Of a DNA stretch of 64,000 nucleotides, positions 14,370 to 29,454 are shown in pieces. The notes beneath the pieces are model-generated. The model was not told the origin of the DNA and did not search any database. It saw only the letters and a list, made by a program, of their open reading frames with translations. Position numbers and translations under genes: made by a program. Each line of letters begins with the position of its first letter. Positions within the stretch are counted from its first letter, which is position 1. The DNA lies in NCBI RefSeq assembly GCF_009914755.1, contig NC_060934.1. The stretch is one strand, 5' to 3'. The stretch is from the human T2T-CHM13v2.0 reference genome, Homo sapiens.

Positions 14370-14780
14370 TGTAAGGAAAATGGATCTGCTGTGGTCAAGA
14401 ATAGGCCAAGGCAGACATCCGGTCTTGCATGTGAGTCTGGAGTTTGGAGCGCATGTACACAATTCCACTCCTTACATAACCACGTCACGTGAGGTGCATT
14501 AGGTGATCACCCATGTGAGCTCGTGCTTGGCTTGGAGCCACTATTGTCTGTAAAAGGTATAATTATCCTGCTGACGCTGTACATATGGCTTGCGCCTGGG
14601 TTGGCTCGCGCCCAGGTTTGCACCCACAGTTCACGCCCAGGCTCACTCACACCAAGAGAGAGAATAAAGCCATGTCACAACTCCCCATGATTCCTCGAGT
14701 GTTCTTTCAGCTGCTCGTCATTCATCCACCCCCTCCCCTTGGTCTCCCGCTTGGTCTGGAACCTGACACTTGGCGTGACA
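14370..14780 (+). mobile_element. 3' LTR (LTR18A-type), preceded by polypurine tract
   Basis: PPT agggggtggag at 14359-14369; LTR homologous to 11445-11813; AATAAA at 14663-14668. Confidence 0.88.
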
Positions 14781-14856
14781 CAGTGTCTGGGTGCAGTTCA
14801 TCCTATTGATGATGTGGAATTTGTGCAAAAATAAAAGTTAAAAAGACATTAGCATT

Positions 14857-15350
14857 ATAGGTTAGTTTGCTTTTGCTGCTGTAACAAGTTGCCACAGTGT
14901 AGTAGCTTAAAACAACAGAAATCTTACTTTTTGGGTCTGAAATTTGAAGTGGTTTTCACTGGGCTGAAAGCAAGGTGTTAGCAGAGCTGTATTCTCTACA
15001 GAGGCCATAGGGAAAGATAATTTCTTTGACTTTTCCAGCTCTTAGAGGCCACCTACATTCCTTGGCTCATGGCCTGTTCCCCTGTCTTCAAATCTTTGTC
15101 ATCTCTGATCTGTCCTTTGTTGTCATGTATCCATCTCTCCTTGTGCTTCCATTGTTACATCACTTTCTTGTACTCTGAGCCCCCTCCTTCTTTCATTAAG
15201 GACACGATTACATTGGGCCCATCTGGCTAATTCAATATAATCTTCCTATCTTTTTATTTAATCACATCTACAAAATCTCTTTTGCCGTGTAAGATTCCAG
15301 GGATTAGTACATGAACACCTTTGCTAGGAGTCATTATTCAGCCCTACCAC
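14857..15350 (-). mobile_element. MLT1 (MLT1D/E-like) MaLR LTR
   Basis: gctgctgtaacaagttgccac...gcttaaaacaaca, ttccagctcttagaggccacc, gattacattgggccca, ends cagccctaccaca. Confidence 0.78.
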
Positions 15351-15539
15351 ATATTAGAATACAATTTTTAAATTCCTTTTTAGCCTTTGTTTTTATGTTT
15401 TCTCAGATTGCCCTTGGAATTTCCAGAAACATGTACTCTGCAATCTGTTGTTTGGATAAAAATGTGTTGGTAAAAAATACACATTTCTATAAAAATAGAG
15501 AAGATGTCTTATATTTAACTGTAAAATTTAAGTTGGTGA

Positions 15540-15855
<316 letters not shown>

Positions 15856-16976
15856 AGTTTTGAATCTTTCACTTAACAATGTCAAAGTTATGGTAGATGC
15901 TTGTCAAAACTTGCTAAGTGACAAATGTGATTCTTAAGTGATTGCTCTGCCACATTTCTTGGGTCTTTAGTCATTTTAACAAGTGTTCTGGACACACACA
16001 CACATGCACTTCTGCACACAAACATGGCTGTGCTGAGGTATTACCTAGCAGGTGTTTGGTTTACCGTGGTCTTCCAGACTTTAATTTCCAGTAGTTCTCA
16101 CTTCAGTACCTTTCTTTGTCCTGGCCAGGCTTCTCTCATTAATCACTATTCCACCTACACCTGAATCAGAGTCCTGTTTGGCCTTAGAAAGATGCAGTCT
16201 GAGTCTGTTGCAAGCAAGATGCTATTGGCTCTTTATCACTTCTCTCCTTTTAGTCAAATTCCCCACCCCTCAAAACAAATGAATACAAAATGTTCATAGT
16301 CACAAGACTTATGAACACAGACTGAGAAATGGGTTTGTCTTGTATTTATGGGCTACCATTTATCTATAAAAATGATATGAAAATACAGTGATATTTTAAT
16401 TAATGTTACATGCAATTTTATTGTTGGCTGTGACCGTCACCATTACTGTTTAATTCTCATGTTTTTTTTTCTCTCTTTGTATATACAAATGAAGGAGTGA
16501 ATTAAAAGTATATGATGCCAGCTGAAATTCAAGTAGATTATATAGACTTTATAAAGCATAAAATGGAAACAGCTCAGAAGTAGGCCATATACATGAGCCA
16601 TCTTTGTGCCTGGGATTGATCACAGATAGGAAGTGCTTGGAATGCTACAGTTGATTACTTTGAGAGTTGCATTTATTCATATAGTTCTTTAACTATGAAA
16701 GGACGAGATCACTTTCATCATCTAAGTGTGCAGGGGTTTGTGAGTCTTTCAGACAAAGCAAAAGAGTGTTAAATAATCCAGAGACATGTAATTGATGGAT
16801 TGGATTGCTAGTCTTTACCAGTTTTGCATCCCAGTGAGGCATATTAGCAGGCACTGAGCTGTGGGAGAGCAAGGCTGGCATCTTGTTTGCTTTTGCATTC
16901 TCATATCTGATGCTCGAAAGTTTTTTGAATGCATACATTGAAAAAGTATTTTAAATGTGCACATTTTTATTTACAG

Positions 16977-17023
16977 CTGCTGCTGAAGGGAAAGGCAGAA
17001 GTGGGGAAGACTTTTTTCAAAAG
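16977..17023 (+). CDS. BICC1: BICC1 (BicC family RNA-binding protein 1) coding exon 2, 47 nt, phase 1 to phase 0
   Basis: Acceptor tttttatttacag (ends 16976) and consensus donor AAG|gtaagt (17024-17029). Translation (A)AAEGKGRSGEDFFQK matches the recalled BICC1 N-terminus ...MLQAAAEGKGRSGEDFFQKIMEET... (residues 64-79). Too short for the ORF track. Confidence 0.93.
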
Positions 17024-17650
17024 GTAAGTTGTCTTTTACTCTTGTCATGGTGATAAGTAAGAGGAAATATACTTATCTCAACAGCTACCCTAGAAGCCAC
17101 CGAACGCTCCCCTTCATGTGGAGGAGAACAGGTTTCTATACGGGAGCTGGAAACACTCAGAGCTAGCCAGGAAAAGAGGGGATGCTGTATGAAACTTAAC
17201 CATTCCAAGAAGGCTCCTTCCAGGGAAAATCTAATGAAATTTTTGCTTAAAGGCAAATAAGCAAAATGTAAGAGGGCTCAGAGGTGGATCAATTCATGTG
17301 GCATTCACACTTCATTTGGCTGGCATGTGACATAGGAAGGGGTTATTGTGCAAGGTAAGGTACACTATCCTATATGGTGAATATGGTGGGGGAGCTTTTC
17401 TAAAGATATTTAAATTAAAACAAATTTTAAAATGTTCTACTGGCCAAATAGAATGTGCCAGACTGCTAGTTTTCCATCCTTTGCTAAATTTATAGGCTCA
17501 GGCTGATGCAGTTTAGGTACTGTACCCCCTGACTTGGTGTTATCTGACATTGGTTAATCTCCAACTTATACTGAATACCCGAGCATTTCTAAGTGCCCTG
17601 GCCTTAGCTGGGGCAGGCTTAGCAACAAGGGTAAGACGAGAAGACGAATA

Positions 17651-18315
<665 letters not shown>

Positions 18316-19629
18316 TGAAAAGAAAACAAATAGCAGAAATCATAGATTTCCCTTGGGTTGGCTCTGATGGTAAAAATAGATGCTGTCAGTGGAAGGATTC
18401 TTCTTCATTGTTCTTCTTTAACTCACAGATAGATGTAAAAAACAGATGCTCCACCTTTGTGATTTCAGACATTTTAAAAGCTGAGTCAAAATATGGTGTA
18501 TATGATCATAAAGGACTTTCATTCTTAGATTTCCTAATATTTCTCACTGTTTGCAGAGACATATATACATTCCAGCAGTTTAAATGGAAACACATGTTTG
18601 AATCCAGGAACATGTGTGCGTCCCACAGACTATGAGTTAGAGTCATAGATTCTATTCTTGGTCACAGATTAATGAGGTCTCTGAATAACTAGATGGGAGT
18701 ACATTTTATCTTCTCATTTGTTTCTTTAGTTCAATGGGAAGTGTCTTTTCCATAGATAGGTGTCTGTATAGGATTTGCATACTCATCCAGCAAAAAATCT
18801 CTAACTTAGAAACAGCCCAAATTCCAGAGAGTCATTTTTCTGCTATTTTGACTGGACAGAAGTAGACATTATGGTTCATCTACAGTAGAATGAAGTAATG
18901 GAGAAATACTGAATTGTCCTCCAGGAACTTGCATGCAGTCACATGTATTCTAGTTTTACATGACATTTGGGGAAGCATTTAAGAAATAGGCTACATAGCT
19001 GTTCACTAGCATCTTCGTATTTTTCTCTCTCTAAAATAATGCAAATATGAAGGATCTAGGCTTGTGATTGGAATGTTTCTTAGTTTTTACTTTGAGGTGT
19101 GCATGACAAAAGTTAAAACCTCTCTTTAGCTGAGTTTAAACTTCAGCTACTCAACTTTTCTAAGCCTGGAAGGATATCTACCTAGCTTCATAGTGCCTCT
19201 CCCTATGTAGAGATTTGAGAAGGAGTGTGAGACTTTTCATATGTAACTTTATGTTTTTTTGTACCATAAAAATATATGTAAAATCATAATGACTATACTA
19301 AATTTTGCTCAATTTAATTAATTGCTCTCATTAAAGTTTTCGAATTAGAAAATAATAAAATTAATTTTAAAAATCTTCCAAAATAAGAATTGGTATATTT
19401 CCATAAAGAGCTTGCATTTCAGTTTAACAGATAATAAGATTGTGAAACATATTATCTCAAATTTGAGGCTGTAATAGTAGTTGTTAAGCTTATTATACAC
19501 TTCTTCCATTGAGTCAACGTTACTGTTTTTTCCAGAGATCTACCCAGTTTTCTATACACTGTTTTGCTGCATGGGTTTGAAATGATATATTTCCCAAACA
19601 CAATAAAGGATAAAATGTAAAAGCCTAAG

Positions 19630-20060
19630 ATGTTATAGCAAAAAATCCCCAAAACCCCAACAATATAGTGTCTTAAAGAGCAGAGTCATTCGTTGTCCTC
19701 TTATGTAACGTTCTAAGGAGAGTCTTCCAGCTGGGTTGGTAGCTGTGTCCCATGCTGTCATTCAGTGACCCAGGCTCCTTCTAAGACATATCTGGATTGT
19801 CCCTAAGCATGACCTTCATCTCCGTTGTTGAAGCTTGGTCACAACCATGTCCAATTGTGTGTTGGTGAGGGAGATAGAATATTGACGAGAGGCACGCCAT
19901 GGTTGTAACGCCCAGGCCTGAATGTGGCACCTGTCACTTCCTCTCACACTCTATGGGAGAAAACTTAGTTATGTAGTCTTACCTAATAGCAACAATAGAG
20001 GGGAGGGAGGGGCTGGGACATTTGGAGAAAACAATTGATTTTGCAGGCACTATTCACCAC
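19630..20060 (-). mobile_element. Old MLT1 (J/K/L-like) LTR
   Basis: gtcattcagtgacccaggctccttc and ccaggcctgaatgtggcacctgtcacttcctctcac motifs. Confidence 0.55.
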
Positions 20061-20136
20061 AAATGAGATTGTTAGGGAAAAAAAAAAGTCTGTGATCAAA
20101 GTGTAATTTCTTTGTGTGGTGTACTTTGAAACTTTT

Positions 20137-20490
20137 TGTATTTGTTAGGGCTCCCATACCACAAACTGGGTGGCTTAACTGTGGGAGGGAGAATCTGTTC
20201 CATGCCTTTCTTTAGCTTCCCATGGTTTGCTGGTGATCTTTGGTGTTCCTTGGCTTGTGGAAGCAACACGTGGATCTCTGCCTTGATCTTCATATGGCAT
20301 TTTCTCTGTGTGCCTGTCTCTATGTCCAAATAAAGACACCAATTATATTGGATTAGCAGCCCACCCTACTCTGGTGTGTGTTCATCTTATTATACATCTG
20401 CAGTGACCCTATTTCCAAATATCACATTCTGAGGTCCCAGGCATTAGTACTTCAACATACGACTTTTTGGAGGACAGTTCAAACTATAAT
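20137..20490 (-). mobile_element. MLT1C LTR, internally deleted
   Basis: ccacaaactgggtggcttaa, ggagaatctgttccatgcct, ttggattag..cccaccctact, gaccctatttccaaat..cacattctgagg. Confidence 0.8.
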
Positions 20491-20696
20491 ACCTTTTAAT
20501 GGAGAAAATAATTCTGTAGAAAAATTTACTAAGACTGTAGATGTTATTTGTCACATTTTGATACTCAGTCTGATCTATAGATATTTAACTGCCTAGTCAT
20601 TTATACTAAATCTATTTTTTTAATCACAAGTCATTTCTAAATTGTCTACAATGAGTATATAATTGACATGCAAAAAGAGAAAAAAGTAATCTGTAA

Positions 20697-21012
<316 letters not shown>

Positions 21013-22926
21013 CTGTAATCTTGCCTTTGAAAGAGAACTATTTGTACACCCTTGGTCTTTTTTCTGTGTATATTAAAAATATATATAAAGTGATTTTTAA
21101 TATTCCCTGTTTGATGGGATTACAGATTAAACTATGTATTTGCATTGGATCCATTCTGTGTTAAAACTTTGCAAAGTTATCCTGTAATAGTACTTTTTAT
21201 TCTTCGGCTCTGACTACACTTATAAAAGGCGGGAATGGATATAACTTTATCAGTACTCTCCGTCCACTCCTGATGGCAGCTCTATCTAATGGAAACACAT
21301 GGAAACAATCTTCCAGTTTTTTACAGTTCTTTGGGCAGTTGTTCATGGCTTACTCACTGTCTGTCCTATTTCCTTTTAATCAGTTCTTTTTTTCTTTCTC
21401 TTGTGAAATGACTATGGTCAGATCTTGGAGGGGAAAATGGGTTACAGTATTTTAGGTGGGGATAGGGTCAGTGATTGTATTACACATGTGACTCATCAAA
21501 GCAAACTGCATTAGGAATCTGTAATCCCAATGGTTGGAGAAGACAAAATACAGTCAGCATTGTAATTGATGAAAGCCAGGTTTTTTTTTGTTGCATTGGG
21601 TTATGTACAGTATTTTTCCTCAAAGTATACATCATTTATTTTAATGTAGGACTATGTTATATTCTTTGAATATATTGGATATTTATTTGGAAAACTGACC
21701 TATAAACCATGGCTTGTCACAAAGGCTAACAGTAAGACTAAAACAATGAGATATTGATGGCTTATGTGGTTTATTTTTAAAACTTTCAAACTCATTGTTT
21801 TTAGACAAACATTACTTTTGGTGTTTTCAGACTGGAAAATAGCAAGTGTTGTCTTCTGGGGGAAATTCCTGGGATAAATAATTTGGTTCCCTCTGTACCT
21901 AAAAATGGGTGCATTAGATGGTCTTAGATGGGGACTAGGTGAGTCCTTTTATTGAGGGGCAGCAGAGTTAATAAAGTTACTCTGGCTTTCTCCACTAGCG
22001 ATTATTTTTATATTTCGAGTGGGTTATTTCCTCTAGTAATGGATATAAGTTTTGGTTTAATTATTTAAAAGTGAATTCAGTTAACTCTGGCTCATGAATG
22101 TGCTTTTTCTAATACTGAGTCTGTGCTTAAACACAAATCAAATTTAATTTAAATAAGATCCAGATATTTTAAAGCTTTAATTTTAGTATTTATTTCAATA
22201 GGTAATACACGTACATGGCTCACAATTCAAATTTATAAAAGGGTATGCAGTGAAGAGTATTTGATATCTTGATGGTTTCTGAAGGTTCACTGAGAAAGCT
22301 GTGCAGCATTACATTGTTGGTCCCAAGCTTGGGTAAAGATGATCATCAATGTGCGTCATTACTAATGAAAACTTAGGGCCTAAAGCTAACATTCCGTGAG
22401 TTCTTATTACCGATCACTATACTATTGCCCTGAGAATGTTCCAGTGACAGAATCTGTGATCACGTTTTCTTTATACTACTGTCTAGATAGGAATAACTGG
22501 CTGCTTGTAAGACTTAGAAAAGAAGAGTAACTTTCCACCCCGTAAAGGTTGTTTAGTCATCATCTAGAAAGTTACTAAAGATGAGAATGGAGCTTATTTT
22601 TATACCTTATGATTTACTCACCTTCTATCAAGAATCTAGTAAATCAGGGTTAGTGAGAAGAGATTAAGAAAAAGATCAAGTAATTTGCTCATCATTCTCC
22701 TAGTCTTTCAAGTTTTGTTCTTGTGTTCATTTGAACACAGGAAGACTGGGTTTTGAGTCTATATTCTCTTAGCATGTTGTAGAGTCACCTGCTTCGAGTT
22801 GCATTGTAATGGTATATTCTTTTATTTCATCAGTCATTTCACACAACCTCTTTATGAAAACCACATTTCCTGTATTATTCCTTTTTCTAAAACCATGGAA
22901 GCAAGGAATGTCATTGAGATTGTTTA

Positions 22927-23240
<314 letters not shown>

Positions 23241-23929
23241 TCAATGATAGTGAACGTAACTTAATTACTACTGCAGTTTGTTCAATTGAATAATCTTTAA
23301 TCAACATCTGATGAAAGTTTAGTCATTATTGATTAAAATGGTTCCTTGAAACCAAACTCAATGCATTGGATCATGTAGAAAATGAAATTGAATTCATGAA
23401 AATAGGTCTTTTAAGAAGGGTCACAAGACAGGACCCTGGATTACACACTTGTAGTGCAAGTAACCATGGAAAGGTCTAGTTAAGAGACTTATTGGCATTA
23501 GTTTAAAAAGGTTTGTATATTATTTTGTAAAGTGTTCTCCCTTTATGACTTAAATGCCTACATTAATTCCTGTACTTGTCGGCATTTCCCTTAATCGAAA
23601 GATCTTGAGATACAGACTTCCTCATTTATGGTTGATATTAAGATTTTGGAACTATTTCGACATTATGTAGATAAAAATTACCCTAACTGATAATATGCAA
23701 ACGTAAACATTTTTGTGTGGGTCAGAAGCAACTTTTGAAGAGGGTGGCATTAGCTGTTTGTGAGGAAGGAGTGCATTTGATTAGTTCCAATTTTAGCCTT
23801 GCCTTTGCATTGTGTGTCTATTTAATTGTCTTTTCAATGTCATGTGATTCAAATTGTTTTTATATCTTAGCGGGGGCATAGGACAAACTTGGTCTTAATA
23901 TATTACGTAGAACATTATCAGAGATGTGT

Positions 23930-24320
23930 CTGAAAATCCATATATAAAGATATTCATTGTCACAATATTGTAATAATTAAAATAAAATTAAAAATAACCT
24001 AAGTACTCAGCCATGTAATATTTGAAATGTGGTATATCAGACATTGGATTATTATGTAGGCATTAAAAATCATACTTTTTGGAAATATTTAATGACATGT
24101 TGAAATTGGTTACTAGATAGGTACAAAAATTAGGACAAAAGGCATATAAATAGCTTGACTCAAATTTTGTTATATATGTTTATGCCTAATAAATGACTGG
24201 GCAAGAATTATGCCAAAATGTTAACCGTGACTCTCAGTGGTGAGATTATGATTGGTTTTTATTTTCTTTCTGTACTTTCCTACAATGGACGTCCATTACT
24301 TTTATAATCAGGATTAAAAA
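23930..24320 (+). mobile_element. Old L1ME 3' end
   Basis: aagatattcattgtcac, tgtggtatatc, ccaaaatgttaac...ggtgagattatg...ttacttttataatcag. Confidence 0.65.
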
Positions 24321-24659
24321 CAACTACCATCCTATGAAGAAAAACAGATAACAATAACTAAGATAGATTGAAGTTGTTAATGGATTAATTATTGCAGTTT
24401 AAGAGCATGCAGTTTTTTTGCTGAAAAACATTTAAGAAGTCAGACTTCCCATCATACTGAGGTTACTTCTGTGTCTTTTATATAACAGTTATAAAGACAG
24501 AACAAGTTTCAGATCATCAAGGTGGATCATTTCTAGGTAGTGTTAATTTTTAGAAAAATGTCCCCCCTTTCATCCATTTGCCCTTGTTTTGACATTCAGA
24601 GGTGTAAAATTTTTTTAAGATTTTTTTACATCTCTGTGCCTTCTTTTCTTCAGACCAAA

Positions 24660-24820
24660 GATACTTAGTTTCTTATTTATCATATGACTTAGTTTTCAGA
24701 CCCTTATCATTCTTTTCGCTTTCAGTAGCAAGATCAGTGTCCCATTTTAAAAGTGGCAACAATATCTGGGTATAGTGTTTTGGATAGAGCCTGGCCAGTG
24801 CAATTATAATGAGGCCATAA
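24660..24820 (-). mobile_element. Possible L3/CR1 fragment
   Basis: tcagtgtcccattttaaaagtggc...ctgggtatagtgttttggatagagcctggccagtgca resembles antisense L3. Confidence 0.4.
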
Positions 24821-26536
24821 TATTCATAATATTAAGGTGATCCAGAAGTACCTAAATATTATATAACCTTTAGGCACTGTTACATTGGTCACTGACATGA
24901 AGAATCGACATTACTTGTCATTCTTCACCCAACTGAAGAGAAAAGGTTGGCTCCAATGTCATTGCTAGGTACATAACATAAAATGAGGATACTTCTAGAC
25001 TGTTGACTGGCTGGTAAAGGCCTCCATAGATGTCACTCATATGTTGTGCCTGTCACTCTAAGCTCTTGACCTGACATGTAGCTTGGAGACAATGTGGCAG
25101 ATGTGGTGGCTAGACTGTGAAAGTGTGGAAAGCCTCACTCTGGGAGATTTCACATGGTTTGGACATTGAATTGATAGTGAGAACTCCTGCATGCTTTTTT
25201 CTTCTCTCTGGACTCCTTGAGTTAGCTGGGGGAAAGGACTCAGCCACAGGGTGACAGTCTAAGATGATGGGCTGGGTGTAGTGCCTTTTAATCTGGCTAA
25301 AGTAACATGTAGTAAAGAACTTTAAGCTTTACTGATTTAAAATGACTTCACAGAAGAATCAATGCAGTTTAAAGCTGGATGTGGTATTGTCTTTTTCTTC
25401 TAGTCGGGGATATCGTGGTCTAAATAGTCGTAGATTGATTTTTTTTTTCAAGTTTATACAGGTTGTTGGTGGCAGCCAGAACTTAGCGATATTCTGACTT
25501 TATGCTTGGCTACTATTAATACAAGATAAATGTTTTTATTTAAATCGGCAATTATCATGCCCACATTAATGGGCTATGCATCTATAGTGAGAGAGGTTCT
25601 GCCTAAAACTGTAAGTTTTGCTAAGTAGGGCTCTGAATTAGGGTCATTGTGGCATATTAGAGGGACAACCAAAAGGCTGGGGGCAAATTAATATACTAAA
25701 TAAATGTATGGATTTTGTAGTACTTTGTATTTTGTTTAAATAGATTCAGAATCACACTAAGGTTTATCATTTTGAAGTTTGTACCTTTGGTACCTTACTT
25801 TTTAAATTTCATCTAGGAGATTTACAGTAATGATTTGTTGTCATCTCATGAATCGTTTCTAAATTTGAGTTTGGCAATCTTTCTGGTTTCTTAACAATGA
25901 TCTTTGGCTTGATGTATTTGATGTTTTTGCATTTTATCTTGGCAAAGTATGTTGCGTTAAAATTTGTTTTTTGGCCAATTCAATTCTTTAACCTTTAGGC
26001 ACTGTTATTCAATTCAACTTGCTTTCCTTTCTAAATAGCCCTTTTAAATTTCTAGGCTTTGTAGTTTACGTGATTATAGCTCCTACCTTGCTGCATGAAA
26101 AAGGAGAGGAGAAGGCCTTATTTTGCACCACTCGACTCTGCTTCCCTGCTCTTCCAGCCACAGCTGCTTGGGCCAGGATGTGGGTGCCACATGCAGCAAC
26201 AAACCTTCTCTATACAGTGTACGTGACCTATGTGGCATGCTCTGTGAACTCAGCTGAGCCAGACTCATCTCTATTGAGTTAGGAAGCTAAGATCAAGAGT
26301 GGGAATGAGAAGAGAATGGGGAGGGTCATGAGGTAGCATGGAGTGAGGGAGAGGCCAGGAGTGGTGCTGTTGATCATGGGAAAGCTGGGGTTAGGAGAGG
26401 GAGAAGCTGTGAATAAGTGGTGAAGACCCATCCACGGAGGGAAGCATGAAGCAGAAGACAGAGGGGGAAAAAGATGTTCCAGAGTGAGCGATGCTCCTAC
26501 TTGGAGTTGGCACAGTTTGGGATGCATCTCAGGTTC

Positions 26537-26712
26537 TTTTCCTGTTTTTGTTTTGTTTTGTTTAAAGAGATGGGTTTTGCTCTGTTGCCCAGGCTGGAGT
26601 GTGGTGGCCTGATCATAGCTCACTACAGCCTGGAACTCCTGGGCTCCAGCCATCCTCCCACCTTAGCCTCCTGAGTAGCTGAGACTATTGACATGCGCCA
26701 CCACGCCTAGCT
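26537..26712 (-). mobile_element. Alu right monomer (FRAM/AluJ-type)
   Basis: gatcatagctcactacagcctggaactcctgggctc; monomer only; flanking tcaggttct on both sides. Confidence 0.82.
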
Positions 26713-28956
26713 TTCAGGTTCTGATCTATAGGTGTCCCTAGAGTCTTCCCCTTCTCCTGATGTAGTTGGGAAACTCTACAAGGCCTAAATCATGAATTCA
26801 ACTGTGATGCATAAAAGACATTCAGTTAACTGGGATAATTGCATAATCCCCTTTTCTTCAAAGGGTTTATGCATTCACATGTTAACAAAATTTGGTGTTT
26901 GTAGAGTAGTTTAGCTCCTCAGTGAGTGCCCCAAATTAAGTTATATCTTTAAAGGAGCAGTGCTCTTTATATAAAAGGTATTTCTGTCAAATCTGTCATT
27001 TAAAATATGTATACTGCAGCAATACTACGGTAAAATATTAGACCATACTATACCAGTGTATGGTGAACTCTCTCCATATATTACATATATACTATAAAGT
27101 ATATATGTTTCTTTTTGCTAGTCAGTTACCAGCATTATTCAAGAAATAATGGGGTTATTGACGTTAATATGTTAGGTGAAAAAAGTGAGTGCTGTCCTTT
27201 TATGTTACTGAGCTTTTATCCTGCATATCAGAATTTCCTTTCTCTTTGTCATTGGCATTAATATTGTTTTCATCCCTCTTACACTTCTGTGGGAAGTTTG
27301 TAGACAGCCAACATGCAGAAAGGTTAGCATGGCAGATAAATATTTTCTATTTTTCTTATTGATAGTTACGGAGAATGCTTTGTTACTCTATGCCTCTCTA
27401 AGTAACATGATCCTTGAATAGATGTATTAAATATCCTAGTGTTACTCTCTCATTTTATATGTTTAACAGTTGCGGCTTGTCCCAAACTGGCTCTTTGGCA
27501 GGTTTTTTTCTTTCTTTTTTTTTAAATTCATTGGATGTAAATTTCTTCCTAAAAGGAGTTGTCTTTTGGCATTTTAAGTAGTGGAAAAATAAATTTCATT
27601 ATCTTTCTTCTTTCTTTTTTTTTGTGAAATCAAAATTATCAAGAAATGTGTACATATGGCTTTTCTTCTTAGCATTTGCTACTTTTGTTACTTTTGTCAC
27701 CCTGGATTATCCAGTTATTCAAATTTTCTGCTTCTCAATGGGCAAAGTACCGATAAGTAGGGAAGGAGGGAATTTAGCCAAAGTTGTAACTGACAATAAG
27801 CAAAATATAGAGGCCTCTGTGTTTCCTGCTTGGTTCTCTTTCTTGAGTTCATCACTAATTTTATGAAAGAAGAAAACAAAACAGAAAAATAACCAGCTTC
27901 AATTTCCACGTGCCTGTTTATTCTGGAGTTACCAGGAAACTTTAATCTCCAGTGAATAAGAACACTTTAAACCCAAAGTTGTTTGGGTTTGTTTTCTTAA
28001 ATAGAACTTCTTCCTGTTATGTTTTCCTATTGGCATTTGTAAAACAATGATTCATGTGTAAATCAGTAGGAGGTGCTCTTTGAGAAGCTTCCTAGGTTGG
28101 TAGGTTCCAGAGCCTTTTCTTGGCTTCAGTCAGTATGTTGAGAGGGGAAGGTATTAACAAGATCAAGGAAGTGATAGTTTTCGGTATGTAGTTGGAAAGT
28201 GGGTATGTGTGTCTTCTCATTTGAATATCACTTTGTTGTCCTTTTCATATATTAATATGATGGGCTACCTCATAATCTGGGAATCCAAAAATTATCCTGC
28301 CTTCTTCTAAATTCCATGAGAATACTAAAGAAGAAGTAATTTTAACTTTCAAAGAGCTTTTATTCTGAAGGGAAAAGATGCTTGTAAGATGGTGTTAGCA
28401 TGCATGTGTGCAGGCTTCACAGAGCTGCTAAGGACGCCATTCATGAGACATTATTGCCCTCCCTCTGAGCCAGACACTATACCATGTACAGTTCTACAGA
28501 GGGGGAAGGGTGGCCCTATGGCTTCTCTCCTCAAGAGGGGCATACTCCAGAGGAGAAGTGGCACAGAAGTGCCATCCAGTGTGGCGAGAGCTTTACAATG
28601 GAGGAAACGGAGGGAGTGATTTTTTTTTTTTCCCCCTATTCTGAGGACTCAGGGAAGATGGATTTCTTGGGAGAAAGTGTTTGAGGTGCGTTTTGAGGAC
28701 TAGGTAAAAGGAATTTAACTAGTATGTTGGGTGAAGTGAGGAAAGGCTTTGTGGCACAGTTTCTGAGCAGGGGGCAGTTTAGATTAGATTCAGATGCCTT
28801 CCAGACCTGTGACTCCATGACCTGAATGTCCTAATGGAGACAAAATAGGCATTTCCAGCAGAAAGAACCAACTGATTGCCTTTGCAAAGGCAGAATAAAG
28901 GACAGAGGAGACTGTTTTTTTCTCATATAGCCCAGAAAACAGATTAAAGGTTTTAC

Positions 28957-29003
28957 ATAGATAGATAGATAGATGGATAGATAGATAGATAGATAGATAG
29001 ATA
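28957..29003. repeat. (ATAG)n tetranucleotide microsatellite
   Basis: About 11-12 units with one interrupted (atgg) unit. Confidence 0.95.
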
Positions 29004-29114
29004 TCACTTCATCTGAGCTAGTTATTTAAAAATTCTTTAAGTGAAAGGTTTAGAGGATATGTAGAAGGATTTGAAATCTAAAAGTTAGGAGATCATATTG
29101 TTTCTATTCATTAT

Positions 29115-29454
29115 TGATATGGTTTGGCTGTGTTCCCACCCAAATCTCACCTTGGATTGTAATAATCCCCACGTGTCAAGGGTGGGGCCAGGTGGAGATA
29201 ACTGAATCATGGGGGATGTTTCCCCCATACTTTTCTTGTGATAGTGAATAAGTCTGGGAGATCTGATGGTTTTTTAAATGGGAGTTCCCCTGCACAAGCC
29301 CTGTAAGACATGACTTTGCTCCCCATTTGCCTTCCACCACGATTGTGAGGCCTCCGCAGCCATGTGCAACTGTGAGCCAATTAAACCTCTTTCTTTGATA
29401 AATTACCCGGTCTTGGGTATGTGTTTATTAGCAGCATGAGAACAAACTAATACA
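29115..29454 (+). mobile_element. THE1C-like solo LTR
   Basis: tgatatggtttggctgtg...tgtaataatccccacgtgtcaaggg...gagaacaaactaataca; TSD attat/attgt. Confidence 0.9.

Larger units (their letters stand above)
11445..14780 (+). mobile_element. Internally deleted HERV-S (HERV18/HERVL18, LTR18A-type LTRs) provirus
   Basis: Two related LTRs with TG..CA ends; perfect 5-bp TSD cagtg at 11440-11444 and 14781-14785; tRNA-Ser PBS; PPT; gag/pro/RT/RNase H remnants. Confidence 0.9.
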
